Assembly (NCBI GenBank): GCA_050949505.1
Contig: JBMNFV010000001.1
Coordinates: forward strand, 350,284-414,283
From: Patescibacteria group bacterium
Lineage (GTDB): Bacteria; Patescibacteriota; Patescibacteriia; Patescibacteriales; UBA12465
DNA: 64,000 bases
Reading direction: 5' to 3'
Of this stretch, positions 27,250 through 35,554 are shown piece by piece. A program made the position numbers and the translations under genes. The notes beneath the pieces are model-generated. The model saw nothing but the letters and a program-made list of their open reading frames with translations. It had not been told where the DNA came from and made no database searches. Every line of letters starts with the position of its first letter. Position 1 is the stretch's first letter.

Positions 27250-29097
27250 ATGTTATCTACAGAGTTACGTCAAAAATATTTAGATTTTTTTGTTGCTCAT
27301 GGTCATAAGATTATTTCTAGTGCCTCGCTAATCCCTGAGAACGATCCCACCGCCCTATTTACGATGGCCGGTATGCATCCGCTAGTTCCGTATCTTTCTG
27401 GGGCCACTCATCCTTTAGGAAGGCGATTAGTTAATGCTCAGAAGTGTATTCGGACTGGAGATATTGACGAGGTCGGTGATGCGACTCATCACACCTTCTT
27501 TGAAATGATGGGCAATTGGTCACTAGGGGACTATTTTAAACAAGAGTCAATTGATTTAAGTTGGGAATTTTTAACTAGCCAGCAATGGTTGGGAGTGGAT
27601 AAAAATCGTTTAGCAGTGTCAGTCTTTGCTGGCCAAGATAATTTACCAGCTGACCAGGAGTCTAATGATAAATGGCAAGAGATATTTATTGCCGAGCAAC
27701 TACCCTTAACCCGCTTAGTGAAACTAGGGAAGAAGAGTAATTGGTGGGGGCCAGCGGGACAAACCGGTCCCTGTGGGCCTGATACAGAAATTTTCTATTG
27801 GACCGGAGAAGGAGAGGCTCCTCAGGACTTTGTTGATGGAGCGCCAGGTTGGGTGGAGATCTGGAATAATGTTTTTATGGAGTATGAGAAGACCGCTGAG
27901 GGAAACTATCAAGCCTTATCACAAAAGAATGTGGACACTGGTTTAGGACTAGAGCGAGTAGTAGCAATCCTTAGTGGTCTGGATGATAATTACCAAACCG
28001 ACCTATTTATCAATCTGATCAAGAGGATAGAGATTCTTAGCGGTAAGCAATATGGCAAGAGTGAAGAAACTACTCGGGCAATGAGAATAGTAGCTGACCA
28101 CCTTAAAGCCGCCACCTTCATTATTGGCGACCCGCGCGGCCAGGGGCCAACTAATACTGACCAGGGTTATGTAGTCAGGCGCTTGATTAGGCGAGCGATT
28201 CGCTACGGCCGGCAATTAGAAATTACCGAACCACTTTGGACCGCCCAACTAGCTCAAGTGGTAATTAGTGACTACCAGTCAGTTTATCCAGAACTTAAAG
28301 ATAACCAAGCCTTTATTATCAATAACCTTAATCAAGAAGAAGAAAAGTTTTCTCGCACCCTGGAAAAAGGTTTGCGAGTTCTAAATACGGAAATAGCGGA
28401 CCAAGTAAAGACGGGGAGCATAAGTGGCGCTTGGCTCTTTGATATTTATCAAAGCTATGGCTTTCCTTTAGAGCTATCATTAGAGGAGATAAGAAAAATG
28501 AGAGAGGGAGAGGACCTAGATGAGGAGCGCATTAGGCAAGAGTTTGCGACTGAGTTAGAGAAGCACCAAGAACTGTCCCGAACAGCTTCGGCAGGCAGGT
28601 TTAAGGGTGGACTTAATGATGCTAGTGAAGAGACCACTAAACTGCATACCGCCACCCACCTATTACAAGCCGCTCTACGAAAAGTTTTAGGTGAGCATGT
28701 TTTACAAAAGGGAAGCAATATTACTGCCGAAAGATTACGGTTTGATTTTTCTCATCCTGATAAATTGACCCCCGAGCAAATTGAGGCGGTAGAGGCGGAG
28801 GTTAATCGGGTAATAGCCGCTAACTATCCAGTTACCTTTAGGGAAACTAGTCTAGAAGAAGCTAAAGAGCAGGGCGCTTTAGGGGTCTTTGAGTCAAAGT
28901 ATGGAGAGATCGTTAAGGTTTATGCGGTTGGACCAGTTGATAAGACGGGCCAGGTAGACCTCGCTCAAGTATATTCTCAAGAGCTTTGCGGTGGTCCGCA
29001 TGTGGAAAATACTGGCAGCTTAGGACACTTTAAAATTAGCAAAGAAGAGGCCTCTAGTGCGGGAGTGAGAAGAATAAAGGCGATCTTGGAAGACTAG
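27250..29097 (+). CDS. alaS: alanine--tRNA ligase, short form ending after the editing domain (no C-Ala domain)
   Basis: FFVAHGHKIISSASLIP, QKCIRTGDIDEVG, HHTFFEMMGNWS (catalytic core); HTATHLL...CGGPHV (editing-domain zinc motifs). 615 aa. Confidence 0.9.
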   Translation: MLSTELRQKYLDFFVAHGHKIISSASLIPENDPTALFTMAGMHPLVPYLSGATHPLGRRLVNAQKCIRTGDIDEVGDATHHTFFEMMGNWSLGDYFKQESIDLSWEFLTSQQWLGVDKNRLAVSVFAGQDNLPADQESNDKWQEIFIAEQLPLTRLVKLGKKSNWWGPAGQTGPCGPDTEIFYWTGEGEAPQDFVDGAPGWVEIWNNVFMEYEKTAEGNYQALSQKNVDTGLGLERVVAILSGLDDNYQTDLFINLIKRIEILSGKQYGKSEETTRAMRIVADHLKAATFIIGDPRGQGPTNTDQGYVVRRLIRRAIRYGRQLEITEPLWTAQLAQVVISDYQSVYPELKDNQAFIINNLNQEEEKFSRTLEKGLRVLNTEIADQVKTGSISGAWLFDIYQSYGFPLELSLEEIRKMREGEDLDEERIRQEFATELEKHQELSRTASAGRFKGGLNDASEETTKLHTATHLLQAALRKVLGEHVLQKGSNITAERLRFDFSHPDKLTPEQIEAVEAEVNRVIAANYPVTFRETSLEEAKEQGALGVFESKYGEIVKVYAVGPVDKTGQVDLAQVYSQELCGGPHVENTGSLGHFKISKEEASSAGVRRIKAILED

Positions 29098-29118
29098 AGC
29101 GTCTTTAACCCGTCTCTC

Positions 29119-29147
29119 TTGACAAGCCCACAACTTATCTCTATAAT
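29119..29147 (+). promoter_or_regulatory. consensus sigma70-type promoter of the infA-rpmJ-rpsM-rpsK-rpoA block
   Basis: Perfect TTGACA (29119-29124), 17-nt spacer, TATAAT (29142-29147). Confidence 0.7.
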
Positions 29148-29195
29148 AGACTCATTAAGAATATATTAGGAAAAATCAATTTTTTGTAATAGATT

Positions 29196-29233
29196 TTGAT
29201 AAAGTTGTAATTCTATCTTTATCAAATTTTTTT
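29196..29233 (+). promoter_or_regulatory. leader hairpin plus T-tract (attenuator-like) directly upstream of infA
   Basis: 9-bp stem TTGATAAAG (29196-29204) / CTTTATCAA (29217-29225), 12-nt loop, followed by ATTTTTTT up to the start region. Confidence 0.4.
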
Positions 29234-29239
29234 GTGCTA

Positions 29240-29500
29240 ATGTCAAAAAATTATCAAAAAAACAAATCAAGTAGTGAAGACACTTTAAATGCTAAAGACT
29301 TTATTGAGATGCAGGGAGAGATTGTTGAGTTAATGCCAGCGGCAATATTTAAGGTGAAGATAGACAATGGACATGAAATTTTAGCTCACTTATCTGGCAA
29401 AATGAGAATGAATAGAATTCGCTTGTTGCCAGGAGATCGAGTTAAGTTGCAAATTAGTCCTTATGATTTAAGTAAAGGGCGGATAACTTACCGCATGTAG
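29240..29500 (+). CDS. infA: translation initiation factor IF-1
   Basis: [12 protein letters not shown]...[42 protein letters not shown] matches the IF-1 S1 fold. ATG 29240 preferred over GTG 29234. About 18-aa N-terminal extension. Confidence 0.9.
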   Translation: MSKNYQKNKSSSEDTLNAKDFIEMQGEIVELMPAAIFKVKIDNGHEILAHLSGKMRMNRIRLLPGDRVKLQISPYDLSKGRITYRM

Positions 29501-29522
29501 ATAATAGAATTAAGTTTTTAAT

Positions 29523-29636
29523 ATGAAAGTACGAGCTAGTGCTAAGAAAATTTGTAAAGATTGTAAAGTGGTTCGCCGTAAAGGCCGAGTCCATGTTATT
29601 TGCAAAAACCCTAAACATAAACAAAGACAGGGTTAA
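29523..29636 (+). CDS. rpmJ: 50S ribosomal protein L36
   Basis: Not in the ORF track (37 aa). ATG 29523 to TAA 29634-29636 translates to [37 protein letters not shown], a canonical zinc-binding L36. Confidence 0.9.
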   Translation: MKVRASAKKICKDCKVVRRKGRVHVICKNPKHKQRQG

Positions 29637-29656
29637 TTTTATTTATACTTTATAAT

Positions 29657-30055
29657 ATGGCAGTAAGAATAGCAGGGATTAATATCCCCAATGACAAACG
29701 AGTAGAGATCGCCTTAACTTATGTTCATGGCATCGGTCAGTCTCGGGCTAATAAAATATTAACCGAGGCGGGCGTAGATAGAAACACTAGAGTTAAGGAT
29801 ATTCCCGAGGAGCAGGTTAATAAAATTAGAGAGCTAATTGAAAAGGGTGGTAAAGCGATTGAGGGAGACTTACGTCGAGAGGTTCAGGGTAATATTAAAA
29901 GATTAAAAGAAATTTCCAGTCATCGCGGCACTAGACATGCTAAGCGTTTGCCCGTTAGAGGACAGCGAACTAAGACCAATAGTCGTACAGTTCGGGGTAA
30001 CAAGCGGGTGACGATGGGTAGTGGTAAGTCTAAGGCAGGACTACAGAAAACCTAA
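29657..30055 (+). CDS. rpsM: 30S ribosomal protein S13
   Basis: MAVRIAGINIP..KRVEIALTYVHGIG and the basic C-terminus are typical of S13. Confidence 0.95.
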   Translation: MAVRIAGINIPNDKRVEIALTYVHGIGQSRANKILTEAGVDRNTRVKDIPEEQVNKIRELIEKGGKAIEGDLRREVQGNIKRLKEISSHRGTRHAKRLPVRGQRTKTNSRTVRGNKRVTMGSGKSKAGLQKT

Positions 30056-30080
30056 TAATATATCTATTCAAGTTTAAAAT

Positions 30081-30653
30081 ATGAAAGCAGAAGAAAAAAA
30101 AGCTAGTTCAGTTTCTGAGGAAACTGTGGCTGAAGAAATAAAAGAGACCAGTGCCCCTGAGGAAAATAAAGAGCCTGAGGAGTTCTCTCTAGATTCAACA
30201 GTTGAAGAATTGCCTGAGGAAATTAAGCAAAAGCTAGAGAAAAACAAGCAGGCTAGAGCCAAGAAAAGATTAGTTAAGAAGAAAAAGAAAAAAGTAGCTA
30301 AGGTAGTTAAGTCAGGACGAGCTTATGTCCAAGCTACCTATAACAACACCATGGTAACGATCACGGATAATGCTGGTGATGTTATCTCTTGGGCTAGTGC
30401 GGGAATTGCTGGTTTTCGGGGAGCTAAAAAAGCCACTCCTTATGCCGCTCAAATCATTGCTAAAATTGCCGTTCAAAAAGCTAAGGAAGAATATGGACTT
30501 CAGGAAGTGAGTGTTTTTGTTTCCGGCATTGGTACGGGCCGAGAGTCAGCTATTAGAGCCTTAAATGCTAATGGACTAGAGGTAACGATGATCAAGGATA
30601 TTACTCCCGTTGCTCACAATGGTTGTCGCCCTAAGAAGCCAAGGCGAGTCTAA
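30081..30653 (+). CDS. rpsK: 30S ribosomal protein S11 with charged N-terminal extension
   Basis: The C-terminal ~125 aa ([18 protein letters not shown]...[14 protein letters not shown]...[11 protein letters not shown]) match S11. They are preceded by about 60 aa of E/K-rich sequence with no alternative in-frame start. Confidence 0.9.
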   Translation: MKAEEKKASSVSEETVAEEIKETSAPEENKEPEEFSLDSTVEELPEEIKQKLEKNKQARAKKRLVKKKKKKVAKVVKSGRAYVQATYNNTMVTITDNAGDVISWASAGIAGFRGAKKATPYAAQIIAKIAVQKAKEEYGLQEVSVFVSGIGTGRESAIRALNANGLEVTMIKDITPVAHNGCRPKKPRRV

Positions 30654-30730
30654 GTTGAACTATTTTTATCAACTTTTTAAATAATTAATTGCTCACTAGA
30701 GAGACCAGTCTCTCTCCCGAGCCCGAGTCT

Positions 30731-31576
30731 ATGCAAAACATTGCTTTAGCCAAAAAAGTTAATTATACCGAAACTGAACAATTTGAAGGAACAATTACCA
30801 TAGAGCCTTTGTTTCCGGGATATGGCATGACCTTAGGAAATTCTCTGCGCCGCGTTCTACTATCCTCTCTACCAGGAGCAGCGGTAGTGGGAGTAAAGAT
30901 TAAGGGGGCTAGTCATGAATTCATGGCTCTTAAAGGGATTAAGGAGGATGTTTTGGAGATTATTTTAAATTTAAAACAATTACGATTAAAGGTCTTTCCC
31001 GGAGAAGAAGAAATTCGTTTAGAACTTAAAGCTAAGGGCAAGAAGGTGGTTACCGCCGCTGATATTACTAAAAATAGTCAGGTTGAGATCAAGAATCCAG
31101 ATTTAGAAATAGCTAATTTAACAGATAGTACCGCTAACCTGGAAATAGAAATATTTGTCAAAGAGGGCCGGGGTTACAAAATGCCCGAGGGGGCGAAGCG
31201 AGAAAATAAAGAGTTAGGCTATATTGAAATAGACTCTATTTTCTCCCCAGTCATTTCTGTTGCTAGTAGTGTGGAACATACCCGAGTGGGCCGAATGACT
31301 AACTGGGATAAGTTAATTTTACAAATTAAAACTGATGGGACTATTAGTCCTGAAGAAGCTTTTAAAAACTCCGTCCAGATTTTAGTTGAACAGTATCAAG
31401 CCTTCTTAGCTGAACCAGTTGAGGAAGAAGAGGAGCCAAAAGAGACAGGAGAGGTTGAAGCAGTAGAAGAAAAAGAAGTAGAAGTGGTGGAGGAGTTACC
31501 TAAAAAAGAAGCGGTCGCTCCTAAGGCTAAAAAGCCAGCAACTAAAACCACTAAAAAGAAAGAAACTAAAAAATAA
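30731..31576 (+). CDS. rpoA: DNA-directed RNA polymerase alpha subunit, N-terminal domain only plus charged tail
   Basis: GMTLGNSLRRVLLSSLPGAAV and the following alpha-NTD sequence. Homology starts at MQNI (ATG 30731), so the TTG 30689 of the ORF track is rejected. The last ~53 aa are E/K/V low complexity rather than an alpha-CTD. Confidence 0.85.
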   Translation: MQNIALAKKVNYTETEQFEGTITIEPLFPGYGMTLGNSLRRVLLSSLPGAAVVGVKIKGASHEFMALKGIKEDVLEIILNLKQLRLKVFPGEEEIRLELKAKGKKVVTAADITKNSQVEIKNPDLEIANLTDSTANLEIEIFVKEGRGYKMPEGAKRENKELGYIEIDSIFSPVISVASSVEHTRVGRMTNWDKLILQIKTDGTISPEEAFKNSVQILVEQYQAFLAEPVEEEEEPKETGEVEAVEEKEVEVVEELPKKEAVAPKAKKPATKTTKKKETKK

Positions 31577-31598
31577 TAAGTAAGTAAAACTAGTTGAT

Positions 31599-31949
31599 AT
31601 GCGTCATCGAAAAAAGAATAAAATTTTAGATCGGCAAAAAGGACCACGAGAACTAATGTTGCGTAACTTAGCTTCTAGTATTTTGCTATACGAAAAGGTC
31701 ACCACTACCAAAGCGAGAGCTCAGGCAGTTAGACCCTTGGTGGAGAGAATTATTACCGCCTCTAAGGCAGGTGATTTGACTGCTCGCCGAGGCTTGATCA
31801 AGGTCTTGTTGCAAAAGAATGCGGTTAAGAAGGCCATAGAAGTATTAGGCGTTCGTTATCAAGATCGACCAGGCGGCTATACCCGAATAGTTAAGTTAGG
31901 CAGGCGAGCGGGTGATGGCGCCGAAATGGTACTCATTGAATTAGTATAA
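31599..31949 (+). CDS. rplQ: 50S ribosomal protein L17
   Basis: MRHRKKNKILDRQKGPRELMLRNL... and the GGYTRIVKLGRRAGDGAEM signature. Confidence 0.95.
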   Translation: MRHRKKNKILDRQKGPRELMLRNLASSILLYEKVTTTKARAQAVRPLVERIITASKAGDLTARRGLIKVLLQKNAVKKAIEVLGVRYQDRPGGYTRIVKLGRRAGDGAEMVLIELV

Positions 31950-31953
31950 TTTT

Positions 31954-32310
31954 ATGAAAAATATTGAGAGAAAACTACATCAAATAGATGCTCAGGGACA
32001 GGCAGTTGGCCGACTGGCTAGTGAAATAGCGATTATTTTACGAGGGAAGAATAAGCCGGAGTATCAGCCTCATTTAGATTTGGGCGACATTGTTGAGGTC
32101 AGAAATGTTCAGGAAATGAAATTTACTGGCAAGAAATTAGAGCAAAAACAGTATCACCGTCACACTGGCTATATTGGCGGCTTAAAGAGCAAGAAGCTAG
32201 CTACTGTTTTTACAGACAATCCCGGTGAGGTGCTGTACCGAGCAGTTCGGGAGATGCTCCCCCCTACTAAATTGCGAGTAGGGATGTTAAAAAGACTAGT
32301 TATTAAGTAA
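31954..32310 (+). CDS. rplM: 50S ribosomal protein L13 (short C-terminus)
   Basis: GRLASEIAIILRGKNKPEYQPHLDLGD and YHRHTGYIGGLK motifs; 118 aa. Confidence 0.9.
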   Translation: MKNIERKLHQIDAQGQAVGRLASEIAIILRGKNKPEYQPHLDLGDIVEVRNVQEMKFTGKKLEQKQYHRHTGYIGGLKSKKLATVFTDNPGEVLYRAVREMLPPTKLRVGMLKRLVIK

Positions 32311-32327
32311 TCTATTGGGGTAAAAAT

Positions 32328-32810
32328 ATGCAAGACTATCAAGATCGAGAAATTGAAATTAAAGAAATTGATAACCTAGAGGAAATCAAGGAGCAGGTAA
32401 AAAATGAGACTGCTGATTTTTCTGGTAAGTTCACTCAAGCTATTGGTCGGCGCAAGCGAGCGGTTGCTCAGGTGCGTTTGTATGAAAATGGCAAGGGGGT
32501 AATTATGATTAACGGACAAAAGGCGGTTGATTATTTCCCTGGCGATGGCTATGGAGTAATTATTCAGCCCCTTAAAGCCACGGGTCATCTACGAGACTTT
32601 AATTTCTCCGTCCTTGTTTCTGGGGGTGGTAAGTCCGGGCAGATAGAAGCAGTTCGCTTAGGAATTTCTCGGGCCATCCTCACTCTTTTCCCAGCAACCA
32701 AGGAGGTCTTAAAGGCTAATGACTTCCTAACTCGTGATCCACGACAGGTGGAAAGAAAGAAGCCAGGTTTGCGGGGAGCCAGAAAAGCCCCTCAGTGGAG
32801 CAAGCGATAA
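32328..32810 (+). CDS. rpsI: 30S ribosomal protein S9 with acidic N-terminal extension
   Basis: GRRKRAVAQVRLYENGKGVIMINGQ core and C-terminal KKPGLRGARKAPQWSKR; about 35-aa acidic N-terminal extension. Confidence 0.9.
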   Translation: MQDYQDREIEIKEIDNLEEIKEQVKNETADFSGKFTQAIGRRKRAVAQVRLYENGKGVIMINGQKAVDYFPGDGYGVIIQPLKATGHLRDFNFSVLVSGGGKSGQIEAVRLGISRAILTLFPATKEVLKANDFLTRDPRQVERKKPGLRGARKAPQWSKR

Positions 32811-32824
32811 ACTTAATTTTCCTC

Positions 32825-32853
32825 AAGCGTCCTAAAAGGACGCTTTTTGTTTG
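32825..32853 (+). terminator. intrinsic terminator after rpsI
   Basis: Stem AAGCGTCC (32825-32832) / GGACGCTT (32838-32845), 5-nt loop, T-rich tail TTTTTGTTT. Confidence 0.7.
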
Positions 32854-32885
32854 CCCTAGAGGCCGTTATTTAATATAATAACAGC

Positions 32886-33995
32886 ATGACAACTGATATA
32901 AATATCAATTCAACTGAACTAAAGCAGACTCTAAAAGAACTAGAGCTAGCCTTAAAATTATCAGCCAAACAAAAGCAGTTAAAGGAGAATGCCAAGTTGC
33001 AAGCCCAGGAAGATTTTTGGCAAGACCAGGCTAGGGCAATAAAGCTTAGCCAGGCTAGTGAAATGATTTTGGCAGAAATTAAGCCAGTGTTAGAATTGGG
33101 CGAGGAGCTAGCAGATATTCTAGCCTGGCAAACTTTAATTAATCAGGAATTTGATGAAAAGTTGGCTGGAGAACTTAAGGAGCGAGTGGCTAGCTGGCAA
33201 GAGCAGGCCGAGAAGTTGAAATTACAAACCCTGTTTTCTCAAGAGCATGACCGAGCGGCCGCCTTTTTAGCTATTCACGCCGGGACGGGCGGGGTTGATG
33301 CTCAAGATTGGGCCCAAATTTTAGAGCGACTATACTTACGCTATGCGGAGAAAAAGGGTTGGCAGGCAGAAATTTTAGACCGAGTAGTGGGAACAGAGGC
33401 GGGCATTAAAAGTGTGCTAATGCAGATTAAGGGAGTTAATGTTTATGGTCATTTAAAAAGTGAGCAGGGAGTGCATCGTTTGTTAAGAAACTCTCCCTTT
33501 AATGCTGATGGCTTAAGGCAAACCTCCTTTGCCTTGGTAGAAGTGACTCCAGAGTTAGCAGACAGTGCTCAACAAGAGATCAATCTGGAGGAAGTCAAGT
33601 TTGATGTTTTCCGGGCCAGTGGTCCCGGGGGGCAGGGGGTAAATACCACTGACTCCGCGGTCCGCTTAACTCACTTGCCAACTGGCCTAGTAGTCACTTG
33701 TCAATCTGAGCGCTCACAACATCAAAACAAAGAGAGGGCTCTTAAAGTCTTAAGGGCTAAATTAAATCAACTAGCCCTAGAGAGTCAGGCTGCTAAAGAG
33801 CGAGAGCTAAAAGGAGAATTAGTTAAGGCGGAGTGGGGTCGACAAATTAGATCCTATTTCCTCTATGGCAATCGTTTGATCAAAGACCACCGTAGTGCTT
33901 ATGAAAGCCGGGATATTGAGGGAGTTCTGGCTGGTGACCTAGATGAATTTGTTAGTGCCTATTTAAAATACCTAGCTAAACAAAACCAACCTTAG
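32886..33995 (+). CDS. prfB: peptide chain release factor 2 (single uninterrupted ORF)
   Basis: SPF tripeptide (RNSPFNA), GGQ motif (SGPGGQGVNTTDSAVRLTH), QSERSQHQNK. No internal in-frame TGA or frameshift site. Confidence 0.9.
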   Translation: MTTDININSTELKQTLKELELALKLSAKQKQLKENAKLQAQEDFWQDQARAIKLSQASEMILAEIKPVLELGEELADILAWQTLINQEFDEKLAGELKERVASWQEQAEKLKLQTLFSQEHDRAAAFLAIHAGTGGVDAQDWAQILERLYLRYAEKKGWQAEILDRVVGTEAGIKSVLMQIKGVNVYGHLKSEQGVHRLLRNSPFNADGLRQTSFALVEVTPELADSAQQEINLEEVKFDVFRASGPGGQGVNTTDSAVRLTHLPTGLVVTCQSERSQHQNKERALKVLRAKLNQLALESQAAKERELKGELVKAEWGRQIRSYFLYGNRLIKDHRSAYESRDIEGVLAGDLDEFVSAYLKYLAKQNQP

Positions 33996-34027
33996 TCTTT
34001 AGCTAATCTTCAGGTTCTAGTGGTTAG

Positions 34028-34059
34028 AATATTCTTAATTAAGTTAAGAATATTTTTTT
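34028..34059 (+). terminator. intrinsic terminator-like hairpin abutting the comEC start codon
   Basis: 11-bp A/T-rich stem AATATTCTTAA (34028-34038) / TTAAGAATATT (34044-34054), 5-nt loop, T-run to 34059. ATG at 34060. Confidence 0.6.
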
Positions 34060-35538
34060 ATGAATAAAATTCCCGCCGCTAGAGAGCAGTTTCTAGAAAC
34101 AGTTAAGCGACTAAAGGCCCAAAATGAGTCTCAGCCAAGTCAGCAACCATTTCTAGCTAAGCGATCTAATATATTTCTCTTAATTAACTTGGCGATTATC
34201 ATCATTATTTTCTTTAGAACGGCTCCGGGAAATCTGGGGACAGATTTAAGAAGTACGGGAAGCTTAGCTAAGAAAAATAATCAAGGCACAATTAGTTTTA
34301 TTGCCCAGGTTTGCGCCGAAGTGGAGACTAGTGATAAGAGTCAGCGCTTGATTGTCTGCGGACAGGGAGCCGAGTCGGGTAAGGTGCTAATTACTACTAA
34401 GCTATATCCTAGTTATCAGTATGGTGATTATTTAAAAATAACTGGACAACTGCAAAGTCCGTCCCCACTGGAGGATTTTGATTATGAAAGCTATTTAGCC
34501 AAAGATGATGTTTATTCAGTCTTGGCTTTTCCTAAGATAGAAAAGTTGCCAATTAAGCAACTTAGTTTTAGGCAGAGCGCTTATTTACAACTCCTTACCG
34601 TTAAGCAAGCCTTAGCAAGAATTATTAATCGTTATCTACCCGAGCCCAGTGCTGGCTTAGCCCAAGCTATTTTATTGGGCAAGCGCCGAGCTTTAAATTG
34701 GGAAGTGGTGGAGGTTTTTTCTCAAGTAGGTTTAAGTCATTTGCTAGCCATTTCCGGGACCCACATTACCATTTTAAGTGCGCTACTTATTAACTTTTTA
34801 TTATTCCTCGGCCTTAAACGACGGCGCGCCCTGGGCTTGGCTATTGTCTTCTTAGCCGTTTATCCAATACTAACTGGCCTGTCAGCCTCGGCAGTACGAG
34901 CCGCCATTATGGGTGGGCTAACTTTTTTGGGAATTTATCATTATCGGCTTAGCTCTACGGTTAAGGTTTTAGCAGTTACGGCCAGTTTAATGTTGATAAT
35001 TAAGCCGCGGCTACTAAGATTAGATTTAGGCTTTCAATTATCTTATGCCGCTCTGCTAGGGATTATTTATATCTACCCTCTATTAAATCAAATAATATTA
35101 AAACTAGTTAACCGAGTTAACAAGAAAGAGAGTAAAGTATTAAGACTAGCTTTAGAGACAATTAATTTAAGCTTAGCAGCACAGCTAGCGATCCTTCCGA
35201 TTCTGTTAGTTAACTTTCAGGAGCTAGCGATTATTGCTCCTTTAGCGAATGTTGCGGTTTTGTGGATTTTTCCCCTCGTAATGACTAGTCTTATGGCGGC
35301 CATTGGTTTAAGCAGTCTAATTCCTAGCGCTGGCTTGTATTTCTTTACGCTGCCTTATCTTGGTCTAAGGTATATAATTATTAGCGCCACCTGGCTAGCC
35401 ACTTGGCCGGGGGCTAAATTAGCGATCACTAAATTTACTTGGACCCAGGGCACAGTTTATTATCTAGGACTTATCCTAATTATTTGGCGAGCTCGGGTAG
35501 TTTTAAAAAAATCAACCTCTACAGAGATTGATTTTTGA
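34060..35538 (+). CDS. comEC: ComEC/Rec2-family DNA internalisation channel protein (no C-terminal metallo-beta-lactamase domain)
   Basis: N-terminal OB-like region (GDYLKITGQLQSP...) and a polytopic competence domain with LSHLLAISGTHITIL. 492 aa, ending right after the membrane domain. Confidence 0.8.
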   Translation: MNKIPAAREQFLETVKRLKAQNESQPSQQPFLAKRSNIFLLINLAIIIIIFFRTAPGNLGTDLRSTGSLAKKNNQGTISFIAQVCAEVETSDKSQRLIVCGQGAESGKVLITTKLYPSYQYGDYLKITGQLQSPSPLEDFDYESYLAKDDVYSVLAFPKIEKLPIKQLSFRQSAYLQLLTVKQALARIINRYLPEPSAGLAQAILLGKRRALNWEVVEVFSQVGLSHLLAISGTHITILSALLINFLLFLGLKRRRALGLAIVFLAVYPILTGLSASAVRAAIMGGLTFLGIYHYRLSSTVKVLAVTASLMLIIKPRLLRLDLGFQLSYAALLGIIYIYPLLNQIILKLVNRVNKKESKVLRLALETINLSLAAQLAILPILLVNFQELAIIAPLANVAVLWIFPLVMTSLMAAIGLSSLIPSAGLYFFTLPYLGLRYIIISATWLATWPGAKLAITKFTWTQGTVYYLGLILIIWRARVVLKKSTSTEIDF

Positions 35539-35554
35539 AATAGTTTAAAAGCAA

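Noticed and set aside
29098-29233. Searched all intergenic gaps longer than about 90 nt for tRNA, tmRNA, RNase P, SRP or rRNA genes and for T-box or riboswitch leaders before the aaRS genes. The gaps were 334-451, 16646-16744, 29098-29233, 35828-35938, 38247-38396, 41831-41935, 43537-43736 and 56708-56832.
   Set aside because: No cloverleaf-compatible stems, no GTTCRANYC T-loop box and no conserved T-box sequence were seen. The gaps are mostly A/T-rich promoter, terminator or leader sequence. The gaps before ileS, proS and alaS are too short for leaders.
32886-33995. Looked for the programmed +1 frameshift site (in-frame TGA near codon 25) that is common in bacterial prfB.
   Set aside because: The RF2 ORF is continuous from ATG 32886 with no internal stop, so no frameshift autoregulation site is present. 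This is a known minority condition and not remarkable by itself.
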